Assembly: GCF_018350175.1 (NCBI RefSeq)
Contig: NC_058368.1
Location: 142,230,001 to 142,294,000, forward strand
DNA: 64,000 nucleotides
Origin: Felis catus
Taxonomy: Eukaryota
Direction of reading: 5' to 3'
The translations under genes and the position numbers were made by a program. The stretch's first letter is position 1. Each line of letters opens with the position of its first letter. The notes below the pieces were generated by a model. The model saw only the letters and a program-made list of their open reading frames with translations, had not been told where the DNA came from and searched no databases. This document shows, piece after piece, positions 1-10,627 of the stretch.

Positions 1-135
1 ATTAGTATTTTTCTTAGGAGTGAGATAAAATATTTTTACACTTAAATTTTTGAACCAGCTTCATATTTATGCACATTTTTTTTCAGAAAGTGTTTCTTGG
101 TTATTACTGTTGATTCTATCCCGAAGCATTACTCT

Positions 136-372
136 TTAAAAATTTTTTAAAATTCATTTTCTTTATTTTGGAGAGGCAGAGAGACAGAGCGTGAGTGGGG
201 GAGGGGCAGAGAGAGAGGGAGACAGAATCTGAAGCAGACTCCTTCAGATGTCCTTCAGACAACTCAGAAGCTGTCATTACAGAGCCCGATGCAGGGCCTG
301 AACCCATGAACTGTGAGATCATGATGTGAGCTGAAGTCAGACGCTCAACCGACTGAGCCACCCAGGCGCGCC
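136..372 (-). mobile_element. CanSINE (SINEC_Fc-type)
   Basis: Reverse-complement tRNA-derived head, (GA)n tract and T tail. TSD gaagcatta(c/g)tct at 123-135 and 375-387. Confidence 0.92.
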
Positions 373-858
373 TTGAAGCATTAGTCTGTAGATTATTTTT
401 TCTCTTTGGGGGTGGTAATAATACTCAAACAGTATTACCAGGCACATATGATTAAATTAAAAAAACACCTATTTGTGGTTTTTGTATGCAAAGAAGTGAC
501 AGTCTAATTTGGGAAAAGGGAATTGTATGAAGATCATCATGATTCAGTGAAATAAATGATGATGGAGATGAATACCAAGCTCTGAGAAAGCACTAAGCGT
601 ATGTTGTACTGACTTGGGTATCAGGGATTTTATTAGTTAGCATGTGAAGTGTTTTTTTGAGTCTTTAAGGAAGAGGAGAATGCTAGGTTGACCCAACCTG
701 GAAGAGTATTTCAACCACAGGAAGCAATGCCAAGGAAGAGTATGGTGTGGAGAATTCCCAGGTCACCAGGTTTTGTGGGTAGGGATGAGGGGAATGCATC
801 GTGACTGCATCTGGACCATTAGGATTTGCTAAGTCTCCACTTGTTGACCCTAAACCCG

Positions 859-980
859 TTTTTTTCAAAAAAATTTTTTTTACTTTTTTAAGTAATCCAT
901 ACACCCAATGTGGGGCTCATACTCAGAACTCTGAGATCAAAAGTTGCTTGCTGCGCTGACTGAACCAGCCACTCACCCTC
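859..980 (-). mobile_element. Short CanSINE variant
   Basis: tggggctcatactc...gagatcaa...gactgaaccagcc. TSD ctaaaccc at 850-857 and 981-988. Confidence 0.85.
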
Positions 981-1289
981 CTAAACCCTCTTCTGAATTA
1001 AGGTAACCACAGCAGTGCCAAACTGAAAATTTTGATTAAAATATTCATGTTTCTTTTTTCTCACTTTTTTCCCTGAAGCACACACTCTTTTTTGATAATC
1101 TTCCTGCTTCTCACATTTTTGAGTAAACTTGGGAGGACAACCCTGGGAAATAGAGTGATTTCATCCCCTCCTTCCTTTTTTATTGTTGAACAAGCATAGT
1201 TTTTTTATTTTTTGTCTGTGCCATACTTTTAATTTATCCTTACCACTTTTTGCCAAGTTCAAGGCTCCTTATGCAATATCTTGTTTGAT

Positions 1290-1560
1290 TTGGTGGGGAG
1301 TGAAGGACCTGGCAAGAGGAAGTTCCTTCAGAGAGAATAGATGAGTCTGGCTGGAAAGGTAGTTCGGGACTAGGTTAGATGGTCAGAAGTCTTTTATCTC
1401 ATTTTGAGGAATTTATATTTTGTCTTGGTGGAGAGCCTCTAAAGAATCTGAAATGGATTAGGAATAGAGGAGGGGAATGACAAGATCAGCTTTTCCTTTT
1501 TGACAGGTAACTTTGATGACTGTGTTGAGAAAGATGGATTGGAAAAAGTACAGTATAGAC
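1290..1560 (-). mobile_element. Degenerate L2 fragment
   Basis: gaggaatttatattttg...gagcctctaaagaatctg...gatcagcttttcc resembles the antisense L2 3' region. Confidence 0.5.
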
Positions 1561-1566
1561 AAGAGA

Positions 1567-1702
1567 GCAGTGGTTCCCCAACCAGCGGCAAGTAGCATCA
1601 TCTGGGAACTTGTTAGAAATACAGATTCTCAGGCCCCTTCTCAGAACTCTAGAGGTCGGTTGCAGCAATCTGTTTTGATTCTGATGCATGCCAAAGTTTG
1701 GA
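1567..1702. mobile_element. MER5A-like hAT-Charlie MITE
   Basis: cagtggttcccca...agcatcatctgggaacttgttagaaatacagattctcaggcccc...gattctgatgcatgccaaagtttg. Confidence 0.8.
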
Positions 1703-2418
1703 ATTAGGGATGTAAAGGCCAATGAGGCTGTATTACAGTTTGCAAATGCCTTTCACATTAATTATGCAGTTGGTTTTTGTTGAGATGTTTATTATGTTTG
1801 TGTCTTAAATTCACAAGAGAAGTAGATTAACCAATATTTTGGGACTTATTTGGAAGCCTAACATGAAAAGATTTGAAAAGTTGGGATAGTGTGGTGATGT
1901 ATTTGGAAAAGGAGAAACAGGATAAAGTAAACTATAGTCAAGTGAAAATATTGGAGCAGAATAAAACATGTAAATGGTGCTTAATCTTGAATGCTATAGA
2001 TGTTTCCTGTACATGACATTGACTTGTAATGTGGTACTTATATCTGCAGTAGGGAAAACTGATGGAAGATAACTTTAAAAATATGGGAACTGTGGAACCT
2101 AAAGGAAGGGATAGTGGGTTTACCCAAGGTTTGCTAAGGTGCTCTTGTGCAGTCACCTCCACATAGCTATTTTCATTCTTTATATAATAGCCAGCACCTG
2201 ATTTGCATCTAACCCAGTTTTTTCATTGAGAGTGTGAGGGCTGAGGGTATAAATTTCAACCTTGTTGGGATGAGAGTGAGGAAATGTGATAATCTTTTTA
2301 TTTTCCTGTTAGCTTCACTGGGTGACCAGAAATACAGATGGAATAAATACTTTGTAAATATCAAAATTGTGCCTTAAAGGATAAGTAATCTTTTATTCTC
2401 CTTTGAATTTTATTCCAG

Positions 2419-2496
2419 GACCCATCAGTTACACAAGTGACAAGAAATGTTCCACCAGGACTTGATGAATATAATCCATTCTCGGATTCTAGAACA
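2419..2496 (+). CDS. SCAMP1: SCAMP1 coding exon (exon 2; [26 protein letters not shown], contains an NPF motif)
   Basis: Acceptor ttttattccAG (2417-2418), donor GTaaga (2497). 78 nt, phase 0-0. Translation matches the SCAMP1 N-terminus as recalled. Confidence 0.97.
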
Positions 2497-2955
2497 GTAA
2501 GACTGTCTTAATTGGACTACTTTTGAATGTTAAAATTGAAATTAAATAGGAATTATATTTCAATTATGATTTCTAGTTGATTGGTTAAACTTGTGTAAAA
2601 TAAACTGTTAGTATTTTATTTATAATTTAGAAAGTTAAAAATCTTTTTAAACAGGAAGAAATATCAGTAATGGTCCTAGTGGAATACTACAAATTTTCTT
2701 TTATGTTCTGCATTGCTGATGATCCCTCTAATAAGAAAATCTTACGACAGTACTTTAAATAGGAGAGAGAAGTGTTCCTTGGTATAAATGTTGTCTTCAT
2801 GGTAATGTAGGGGTGATGTTTTCTTATAAAATAAAGAAAATCTACTCTCTGGTAGACTAGAATTATCTGGAACTTTACTGGGCTTAGGAACATGTTTTTC
2901 TCCTCAAAATTTAGTCTTAATTTATGTAGGGGTATGAAAAAGAATCCATAATAAA

Positions 2956-3110
2956 CAGAGGTTCTCCACCCTGGATGCATATGAGAAGCACCTGGGGAGG
3001 TTTATTACGCTTTTCATTAGGGCCCTACACTCTTACAGTTAGGGCACTTGTGTTTTTTGTTGTAGCTGTTATGGTGATTTTATTCTGAACCAGTTTTGAG
3101 AACTATTGAG
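2956..3110. mobile_element. MER5-like hAT-Charlie MITE
   Basis: Termini cagaggttctc and ttgagaactattg; internal gaagcacctggggag. Confidence 0.6.
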
Positions 3111-3404
3111 GTAGGTTTTGTTGAGAATTCTTCCCCAGAATTTCTCTGGCAGATAATTTGTTTCCTGTATTTTGAGTCTTTAGTTTAATTCTGACACTCA
3201 AGAGGTCTCTTGTTTTAGACACTGTTGACTTTTGAAATGTTAGTCATCCTGTTGAAGATCTTGCAATTCTTCAGTTGTATGCTTGGATTTACATATAAAT
3301 ATAATGATTCTTACTTGATCATCTCTTCCTGATGTGTGTTTACATAGTCTGCAGAATAATTGCAGAAGATATTGCAGGTTTTACTTAGAAATATGTTTAA
3401 GATT

Positions 3405-3628
3405 GGGGTGCCTGTGTGGGTCAGTTGGTTAAGTGTCTGACTTGGGCTCAGGTCATGATCTCGCAGTCTGTAAGTTTGAGCCCCGTGTTGTGCTCTGTAC
3501 TGACAGCTCAGAGCCTGGAGCCTGCTTCAGATTCTGTGTCTCTGTCTCTCTTTGTCTGTGCTCCTCCCCTGCTCGTGCTCTGTCTCTCTCAAAAATGAAT
3601 AAACATTAAAAAAAAAAATAAGAAAAAA
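3405..3628 (+). mobile_element. CanSINE
   Basis: ggggtgcctgtgtgggtcagttggttaag head, CT tract, A tail. Confidence 0.93.
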
Positions 3629-3812
3629 ATACATTCAAGATGTATTATATTAACATTTTAGTTCTAGAAGAGCTTTGTACAAAGTAAAAGCATTAAAATA
3701 AGAATGAACTTTCATGTTCCACTTTATTTCAAAGCTCTCATTTAACATTGCTTATGTGCAGCAACTGCAGTCCAGCCTGGGAATACTAAAGTGTTCACTG
3801 GGTGAGTAAATT

Positions 3813-3893
3813 TCAGATTGAACCATTTGAGACAGCCAGTAAGTTGACCAGTTTGGACATGTAAAAATGGCAATTTAAAATGATTCAACCCTA
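3813..3893. mobile_element. MADE2-like mariner MITE (about 80 bp, palindromic)
   Basis: gattgaaccattt...gacc...aaaaatggcaatttaaaatgattcaacc follows the MADE2 consensus as recalled; inverted termini. Confidence 0.7.
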
Positions 3894-4128
3894 TAGTAAA
3901 TTAGTGCTGTGAATGTATGTGCATTTGGTTGTAGTTGAAAGAGAAGAAGAGAGGTGGTATATTTTATTCCACCATATGTAGTCTTTTTAATATGATTTCT
4001 GGGGGGTGGAAATGGGAACAAGACTTGTTAAAATATGCTGGTAAAGAATGAAAAGAAGTTTTCATACAATTTTTTGGAAGATTTTACTAGCAAGAAGTAT
4101 ATTAAGCTTTTTAAAAGTAGCAGCTTTA

Positions 4129-4350
4129 GGGGCGCCTGGGTGGCTCAGTCGGTTGAGCGTCCGACTTCGGCTCAGGTCATGATCTCATGGTCCGTGGGTT
4201 CGAGCCCCGCGTCGGGCTCTGCTGACAGCTCAGATCCTGGAGCCTCCTTCCGATTCTGTGTCTCCCTCTGTCTCTGCCCCTCCCCTGTTCATGCTCTGTC
4301 TCTCTCTGTCTCAAAAATAAATAAACATTTAAAAAAAATTAAAAAAAAAT
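4129..4350 (+). mobile_element. CanSINE, low divergence
   Basis: Perfect TSD aaaagtagcagcttta at 4113-4128 and 4351-4366. CpGs retained. Confidence 0.95.
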
Positions 4351-4467
4351 AAAAGTAGCAGCTTTAGATTATTCATATCAGTGGTATTTGTACTCTTTAC
4401 CAAGTTGCCTACTTTGTGCCATGTGTGTTATCTATATTACTGAATTCCTATAACATTCAAAATGGCT

Positions 4468-4687
4468 ATTTTAAATTTTTTTTTCAACATTTATTTATTT
4501 TGGGGACAGAGAGAGACAGAGCATGAACGGGGGAGGGGCAGAGAGAGAGGGAGACACAGAATGAGAAACAGGCTCCAGGCTCTGAGCCATCAGCCCAGAG
4601 CGTGACGCAGGGCTCGAACTCACGGACCGCGAGATCGTGACCTGGCTGAAGTCGGACGCTTAACCGACTGCGCCACCCAGGCGCCCC
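4468..4687 (-). mobile_element. Young CanSINE (SINEC_Fc1-like)
   Basis: Diagnostic sites gactgcgccacccagg, gacctggctgaag, gccatcagccc, aaacaggc. Confidence 0.95.
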
Positions 4688-4966
4688 GAAACTTTTTTTT
4701 TTTAAATGGTTGTGACTATTTTCCAAAACAGATTAGATGTATTTGGATAATTGATTTAAGTGATATGTTAGAACTCGGTCCGGATACTCTTTTGTTAATT
4801 GGTAGTATTTATATTTATTTTTTAAAAAAATTTGTGAAAATAAAGCTTCTAAATTGTTGCCTAAGGGTGTGGTGAATTAAATGAGGTCAAGAGAGAAGAT
4901 CCATTAGCAGAATGAATGTGTAACCTATAAGATTTAGAAAGTCTTGATTTTTTTGTTTGGGGGAAA

Positions 4967-5185
4967 ATTTTTTTTTTAACATTTATTCAGTTTTGAGAGA
5001 GAGACAGAGTGTGAGCAGGAGAGGGGCAGAGATATAGGGAGACACGCAATGTGAGGCAGGCTCCAGGCTCTGAGTGGTCAGTACAGAGCCTGACATGGGG
5101 GCTGAGGGGCTGGAACTCAGGGATCCCAAGATCATGACCTGAGCCTAAGTCCAATGCTTAATCACCTGAGCCACCCAGGTGCCCC
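4967..5185 (-). mobile_element. CanSINE
   Basis: T tail, GA tract, gagccacccaggtgcccc end. Confidence 0.92.
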
Positions 5186-5354
5186 TGTTTTTTGTTTTTT
5201 AATAATGTTTCTTTTTATATTTAGTTTTGTGTTTGAATGGAAACTAAGGTATTTAATGAAGGCAACAATTAAATATTTTAACAATAATTTACATATTCAC
5301 TTTATATTATATATTCAGAGAAAGCAATTGTCCCAAGACACATTACAATACTGA

Positions 5355-5440
5355 CAGGGCCAGTATGCTGGCAGTAGGATAGAAGGCTATTGAGCACTTG
5401 AAATTTGGCTAGTCTGAATTGAAATGTGCTATAAAAATGA
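5355..5440. mobile_element. MER3/MER33-like hAT fragment
   Basis: ggctattgagcacttgaaatttggctagtctgaattgaaatgtgcta. Confidence 0.6.
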
Positions 5441-5992
5441 GATAGAAAAAAATTTTTTGTTTGAACTCAAAATGTATTTTCCTACTGAAAATGATGTTGA
5501 ACTTGGTGGGGTAGGTTCCCTGGCCTACCTTCTAAAAACTTAATGCATAAAATACTAGAAAAATTGGCTCATCATTGAGAACTGGTATGCCTTTATGGGG
5601 AATGCTTTCCTTTTAAATAAGGTAATGGTTCAAAATGCCTAATGCAGCTTGATTCTCACTGGTTTCAACAGCTGGTAATGACATTGATGGCTTTAAATAG
5701 AATTTCTTCTGGTAGGTATTGAAGTACAGGAATTAGGGACACCTGTGTGTGGGGGGGCAAGTGTGGTGCTGCTGATAGAAATCCTTGGTCACATATCTCA
5801 GGGCCTAGTTTACTGTCTTTCCTTCGGGGATAGATTGCTGCGTTTCCTTTCTGTTTTGCTAGTTGTTGCCATATATGACTTCTGTTACATAAAACAGCAG
5901 GATCTGTACCTTCTGGCAGAAGGAAGAACCAAGAGAAGAAAATTCCAAGTACGGGCATGCCTACATTTTTTCTTAAAGGTTATCTTAAAACA

Positions 5993-6212
5993 TTTTTTTT
6001 TTAATGTTTATTTTTTAGAGAGAGAGGGAGAGAGCAAGTGAGTGGTGGTGGGGGGGGGGGGGGGAGAAAGAGAGGGAGACACAGAATTTGAAGCAGGTTC
6101 CAGGCTGTGAGCTGTCAGCACAGAGCCTGACATGGGCTGGAACTCACGAACTGCAAGATCATGACCTGAGCTGAAGTCAGATGCTTAACTAACTGAGCCA
6201 CCCAGGCGCCCC
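5993..6212 (-). mobile_element. CanSINE nested in the tail of the adjacent short SINE
   Basis: Full CanSINE lying inside the outer TSD ggcatgcctacattttt (5954-5970 and 6332-6348). Confidence 0.92.
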
Positions 6213-6214
6213 TC

Positions 6215-6330
6215 TTTTTTTTTTTTTTTTTTGGTTTTGAAGTAAGTTCTATGCCAATGTGGGCTTGAACTCATCATGGCCCAGACATGAAGAGTCGCAT
6301 GCTCTACTGACTGAGGCAGCCAGGCATCCC
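6215..6330 (-). mobile_element. Short CanSINE variant
   Basis: aagagtcgcatgctctactgactgaggcagccaggcatccc. Confidence 0.88.
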
Positions 6331-6404
6331 TGGCATGCCTACATTTTTGGGCATAAGGAAGATGGATAATTGGTTTATGTAATAACTCCCTCTGTGGTAA
6401 TTCT

Positions 6405-6560
6405 GGACAGTGGGTAGACTGAGACTCTTAACGCTTGGATTCTAAACTAGGCCTTACCACTAATTGGTGACTTTAGGCAACCACTTAACTTCTTTGGACA
6501 GCTTTTTTTTTTTTTTTTTAACGTGTAACAGTGGAAGTAGATGGGAAGATGTTGAGATAA
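6405..6560 (+). mobile_element. MIR
   Basis: cttggattctaaactaggccttaccactaattggtgactttaggcaaccacttaacttct matches the MIR core. Confidence 0.7.
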
Positions 6561-7307
6561 ATAGCTTCTAATACTAGTTTCTCTTTTGAAAATGGATGAA
6601 ACTCTTAGCTCAGGAACTAACTGAATATAATTGTACACCGTAGTTTACCTATCTTTAATACTGCAGAAGCATTTTCTATACTGTAATAATTGTATTTTCT
6701 CTTGCTGTGTGTTTCTTTTCATATCTTTTCCTTTCTCCTTTGCTTCTCATTGTCTTGTCTTTCTTGCAGCTCATTACCTGTCTCTTGCGGAACCAATCTT
6801 CTTTGTTTCTATTCTCATTTAATGATAACTATTGCTTTGTATCCTCAGTGTCATTGGCTAAAAATATTTGCATTCTCTTTGGCTCAAATAACGTCTTTTC
6901 CTGTTGCTATTTGCCAAATCCAGTCACTTACATCTCCAGGAGATAGTACCTGTCTCTTCTTTTCATTCCTACTAAACTGTCCTAATTCAAGTACTCATGT
7001 GAAATAATACAGTGGCCTATCTACTTACCTGTCTCCAGTTTCTCTCCTCTCCACTTAAATTCCACATTTAATCCTTATAATCATTCCCTTGTCTTCCCTT
7101 CTCTACCTTACTTTGACATAATCTCTTGGCTAAAACCCAAGTGTTGGTTAAATCCAATTCTCGCTACTACTTTCTGCCCCTACCCTAGCAGCTAAATGTG
7201 ACTGGAGAAAGCATCCCATAGGGTCTCATTTTCAGTTACTGACCAGGTCTAAATGGCACTGAATATTCTAGTCATATAACTGTCCACTCTTCCTCTCTTG
7301 TCATCCC

Positions 7308-7489
7308 TTTTTTTTTTTTTAAAGTTTATTTATTTTTGATAAAGGGAGAGAGAGAGAGAGAGAATCCCAAGCAGACTTTGTGCTGACAGAATCGTCTTGG
7401 TTGCGGCTTGAACTCCTCAATTGTGAGATCATGACCTGAGCTGAAATGAAGACCCGGACACTTAACCGACTGAGCCACCCAGGCACCCC
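7308..7489 (-). mobile_element. CanSINE
   Basis: gagagaatcccaagcag...gagccacccaggcacccc. Confidence 0.92.
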
Positions 7490-8810
7490 TCTTTCCTCAT
7501 CCTTAAAATCTCTTCCCCATGCCCACTCTTAGGTGATGACCTTGCTTATTTCACTGAGAAAATCGAAGCAGTCAGTCGAGAACGTCCATAGACCCCCAGC
7601 ACCGCATCTACCTACCTACCAGCATTTATACCCATATACGCTGCCTGCCTGTTACTTACAGATGAGCTAGCTATTTGTGCTTCTCTTTGATTCCATTCCT
7701 TCTACTTGTGTGCTGGATTCCATGCACTCTCACTTTAGAACTTTGCTAAAATGTCCTCTCTTACATTGTTAGTTTTTTCCTTCTGGATCATTCATATCTT
7801 CATAAAAACGTGTTTTCTCCCATCTGGGAAAAAGACATATATTTATTTACTTGAACAGCTTTATTGAGATATAATTAATATGCCCATTTAAAATATATAA
7901 TTAACTTTTCTGGTGTAGTCATAGTTGAAAACCATTATCAGATTCTAATTTCAGAATATTTTTGTTCTACCCCCAAAAGTCGGACGCTTCAGCATTCACT
8001 TCACATAGCACTTTCCTCTCTAGCCCCAGGCGACTTCTAATTTACTGTCACTGTATATTTGCCTTTTCTGGACATTTCATATAAACAGAATCATGCAGCA
8101 TGTGGTCTTTTGTGACTTGTTTCTTTTACTTAGCATAATATTTTCAAGGTTCAACTACGTTGGTGTCATGTATCATCAGTACTTTATTCCCCTTTCCTTT
8201 TTTGATTTTTATACCACATTTTATTTAGCCATTCATGAGTTGATGGGCAGTTAGGTTGTTCCCAATGTTTGGCTGCTGTGAACTTTTTTTGTGTACTACT
8301 TTTTGTGTGGTTGTGTTTTCCTTCCTTTTGTGTATATATCTAGGAGTGGAATTGTAGGGTCATATGGTAACAATGTGTTTAACATATTGAGGTGCTACCA
8401 ACTTGTTTGCCAAAGTGGCTGTACCATTTACATTCTCATCTGTAATGTGTGAGGGTTCCAGTTTCTCTACATCCTTGCCAACACTGGTTATTGTGACTTT
8501 TTGCTTGTAGCCATCCTAGTGGATATGAAGTAATCTCTCCTTGTGATTTTAATTTGTGTTTCCCTGATGGCTAATGATGTGCACGTATTTTTTTCATGTG
8601 TTTATTGACTATTTGTGTATTTTCTTTGGAGAAATGTCTAGATTTTTTTTCCTGTATTTAAATGGGTTGTCTTTTTAATATCAAATTGTGAGAGTTTGTG
8701 AAATAGTCTGGATATAAGTCCCTTATCAAATATGTGATTTACAAACATTTTCTCTCATTCTGTGGGATGTCTTTTTGCTTTATTGATAGTGTTCTTTGCA
8801 TAGAAGTTTT

Positions 8811-9010
8811 AAATTTTTTAAAAATTAAAAAAACTTAAATGTTTTATTTATTTTGGGGAGAGTGTGAGCAGGGTGGGGGGCGGACAGAGGATCCAAAGTG
8901 GACTCCGCAATGACAGCAGCAAGCCTAATGCTGGGCTCGAACTCACAAACCGTGAGATCATGACCCAACCCAAAATCGGTGACTTAACCAGCTGAGCCAC
9001 CCAGGTGCCC
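8811..9010 (-). mobile_element. CanSINE
   Basis: Flanked by agaagtttt direct repeats. Confidence 0.9.
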
Positions 9011-9015
9011 CAGAA

Positions 9016-9252
9016 GTTTTTTAATTTTTTTTATTTTATAATGTTTATTCATTTTTGAGAAAGAGAGAGACAGAGTGCGAGCAGGGGAGGAGCAGAGAGA
9101 GGGAGAGACACACAGAATCTGAAGCAGGCTCCAGGCTCTGAGCTGTCAGCACGGAGCTGGCTGCGGGGCTCGAAGTCGACCGTGAGATCATGACCTGAGC
9201 TGACATCGGACGTTCAATCGACCGAGCCACCCAGGTGCCCCACAGGCGCCCC
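9016..9252 (-). mobile_element. CanSINE with duplicated 5' end
   Basis: Ends ccaggtgccccacaggcgcccc; flanked by agaagtttt. Confidence 0.92.
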
Positions 9253-9386
9253 AGAAGTTTTAAATATTGATGCCACATTTGTCTATTTTTTTTCCTTTGG
9301 TTGTTTTTGGTGTCCTAAGAAACCGTCATCGAAGTTACGGTCCTAAATAATTACTCCTGTGTTTTCTTTTAGGAATTGTATCATTT

Positions 9387-9640
9387 TATTTTATTTATTT
9401 TTATTTAATTTATTATTATTTTTTTTAGTTTACATACAAGTTAGTTAGCATATAGTGCAACAATGATTTCAGGAGTAGATTTCTTTAATGCTCCTTACGC
9501 ATTTAGCCCATCTCCCCCCCAGCAACCCCTCCAGTAACACTGTGTTTGTTCTCCATGTTTGAGAGTCTCTTATGTTTTGTCCCCCTCTCTGTGTTTATAT
9601 TATTTTTGCTTTCCTTTTCTTATGTTCACCTGTTTTGTAT
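9387..9640 (-). mobile_element. 5' truncated feliform L1 3' end
   Basis: (TTTA)n tail and ttacatacaagttagttagcatatagtgcaac. TSD gaattgt(a/g)tcattt at about 9373-9386 and 9643-9656. Confidence 0.85.
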
Positions 9641-10172
9641 AAGAATTGTGTCATTTGAAGTGCTTACATTTAGGTTTATGATTGGTTTTGAGTTAATTTT
9701 TGTGTATGCTCTGATGTAGTTTTCCAATCCCATTATTTTCCATTGGATATCCACTTGTTCCAGCACTGTTTGTTGAAAAAACTATTCTTTTCTATTGGAT
9801 TGTCTTGGCACTCAGTTTGAAAATCAGTTGATAATAAATGTAGGGGCTTATTTTTGGATTCTATTCTGATCTCTGTGGCTGTCCTTATTCCAGTAGCACA
9901 CTGTCTTCATTACTGTAACTCTGTAACAAAACTTTACCTTAATTTCATTTCCCTGTCTAGTCTATTTATGGCATCTCCTTCCTTGCAAAACTTTCTCTGC
10001 TCCCCATTGCTGCAAAAGTCCTGTGAAGAATTTGTGTACTTGTTTTATTTTCTCCATCCTTTCTCCTGAAAGATACTTCAACGAGGGTTTTGCTTCTAAA
10101 ACTCCACCAAAATGTGCTTGTCAGAGTAGCCAATGACTTCCACATTGGTAATCCAGTGGTAAATTTTCAGTC

Positions 10173-10403
10173 TTTTTTTTTTTTTTTTTAATTTTTTTTT
10201 AACGTTTATTTATTTTTGGGACAGAGAGAGACAGAGCATGAACGGGGGAGGGGCAGAGAGAGAGGGAGACACAGAATCCGAAGCAGGCTCCAGGCTCTGA
10301 GCCATCAGCCCAGAGCGTGACGCGGGGCTCGAACTCACAGACCGTGAGATCGTGACCTGAGCTGAAGTCGGACGCTTAACCGACTGAGCCACCCAGGCGC
10401 CCC
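10173..10403 (-). mobile_element. Young CanSINE inserted at the tail of the next SINE
   Basis: CpG-intact copy; TSD cagtctttttttttt. Confidence 0.95.
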
Positions 10404-10407
10404 AGTC

Positions 10408-10627
10408 TTTTTTTTTTTTTAATGTTTATTTATTTTGAGATTGGAAGAGAGAGAGAAAACAAGCTGAGGAACAGAGAGAGAGAGAGAGAGATGGAGGGAG
10501 AGAATCCCAAGCAGGACCCGTGCTGTCAGCACAGAGCCTGACATGGGGCTTGAACTCACAAACTGCGAGATCATGACCTGAGCCGAAATCAAGAGTCAGA
10601 CGCTCAACTGAGCCACCCAGGCGCCCC
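10408..10627 (-). mobile_element. CanSINE
   Basis: Outer TSD taaattttcagtctt at 10160-10174 and 10628-10642. Confidence 0.92.

Larger units (their letters stand above)
7845..9925 (-). mobile_element. Old L1 (L1M-type) 3' UTR plus ORF2 end, 5' truncated
   Basis: agctttattgagatataatt 3' end; ccaaagtggctgtaccatttacattc; ttccagcactgtttgttgaaaa. Confidence 0.88.

Noticed and set aside
556..612. C/D snoRNA-like motifs: ATGATGA (556-562) with CTGA at 582-585 and 609-612
   Set aside because: There is no terminal stem, no clear C' box and no recognisable rRNA guide, and the span is short. Such motifs are expected by chance. An Rfam or snoscan hit would overturn this.
4129..4215. tRNA genes
   Set aside because: The tRNA-like A/B box heads belong to CanSINEs, being followed by a CT tract, an A tail and a TSD. 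They are not bona fide tRNAs.
6043..6064. Poly-G/poly-C runs as functional G-quadruplexes (also near 22327, 27699, 43220, 44292 and 51281)
   Set aside because: These are homopolymer expansions, mostly inside repeats, with no evidence of function. Their lengths are also error-prone in assemblies.
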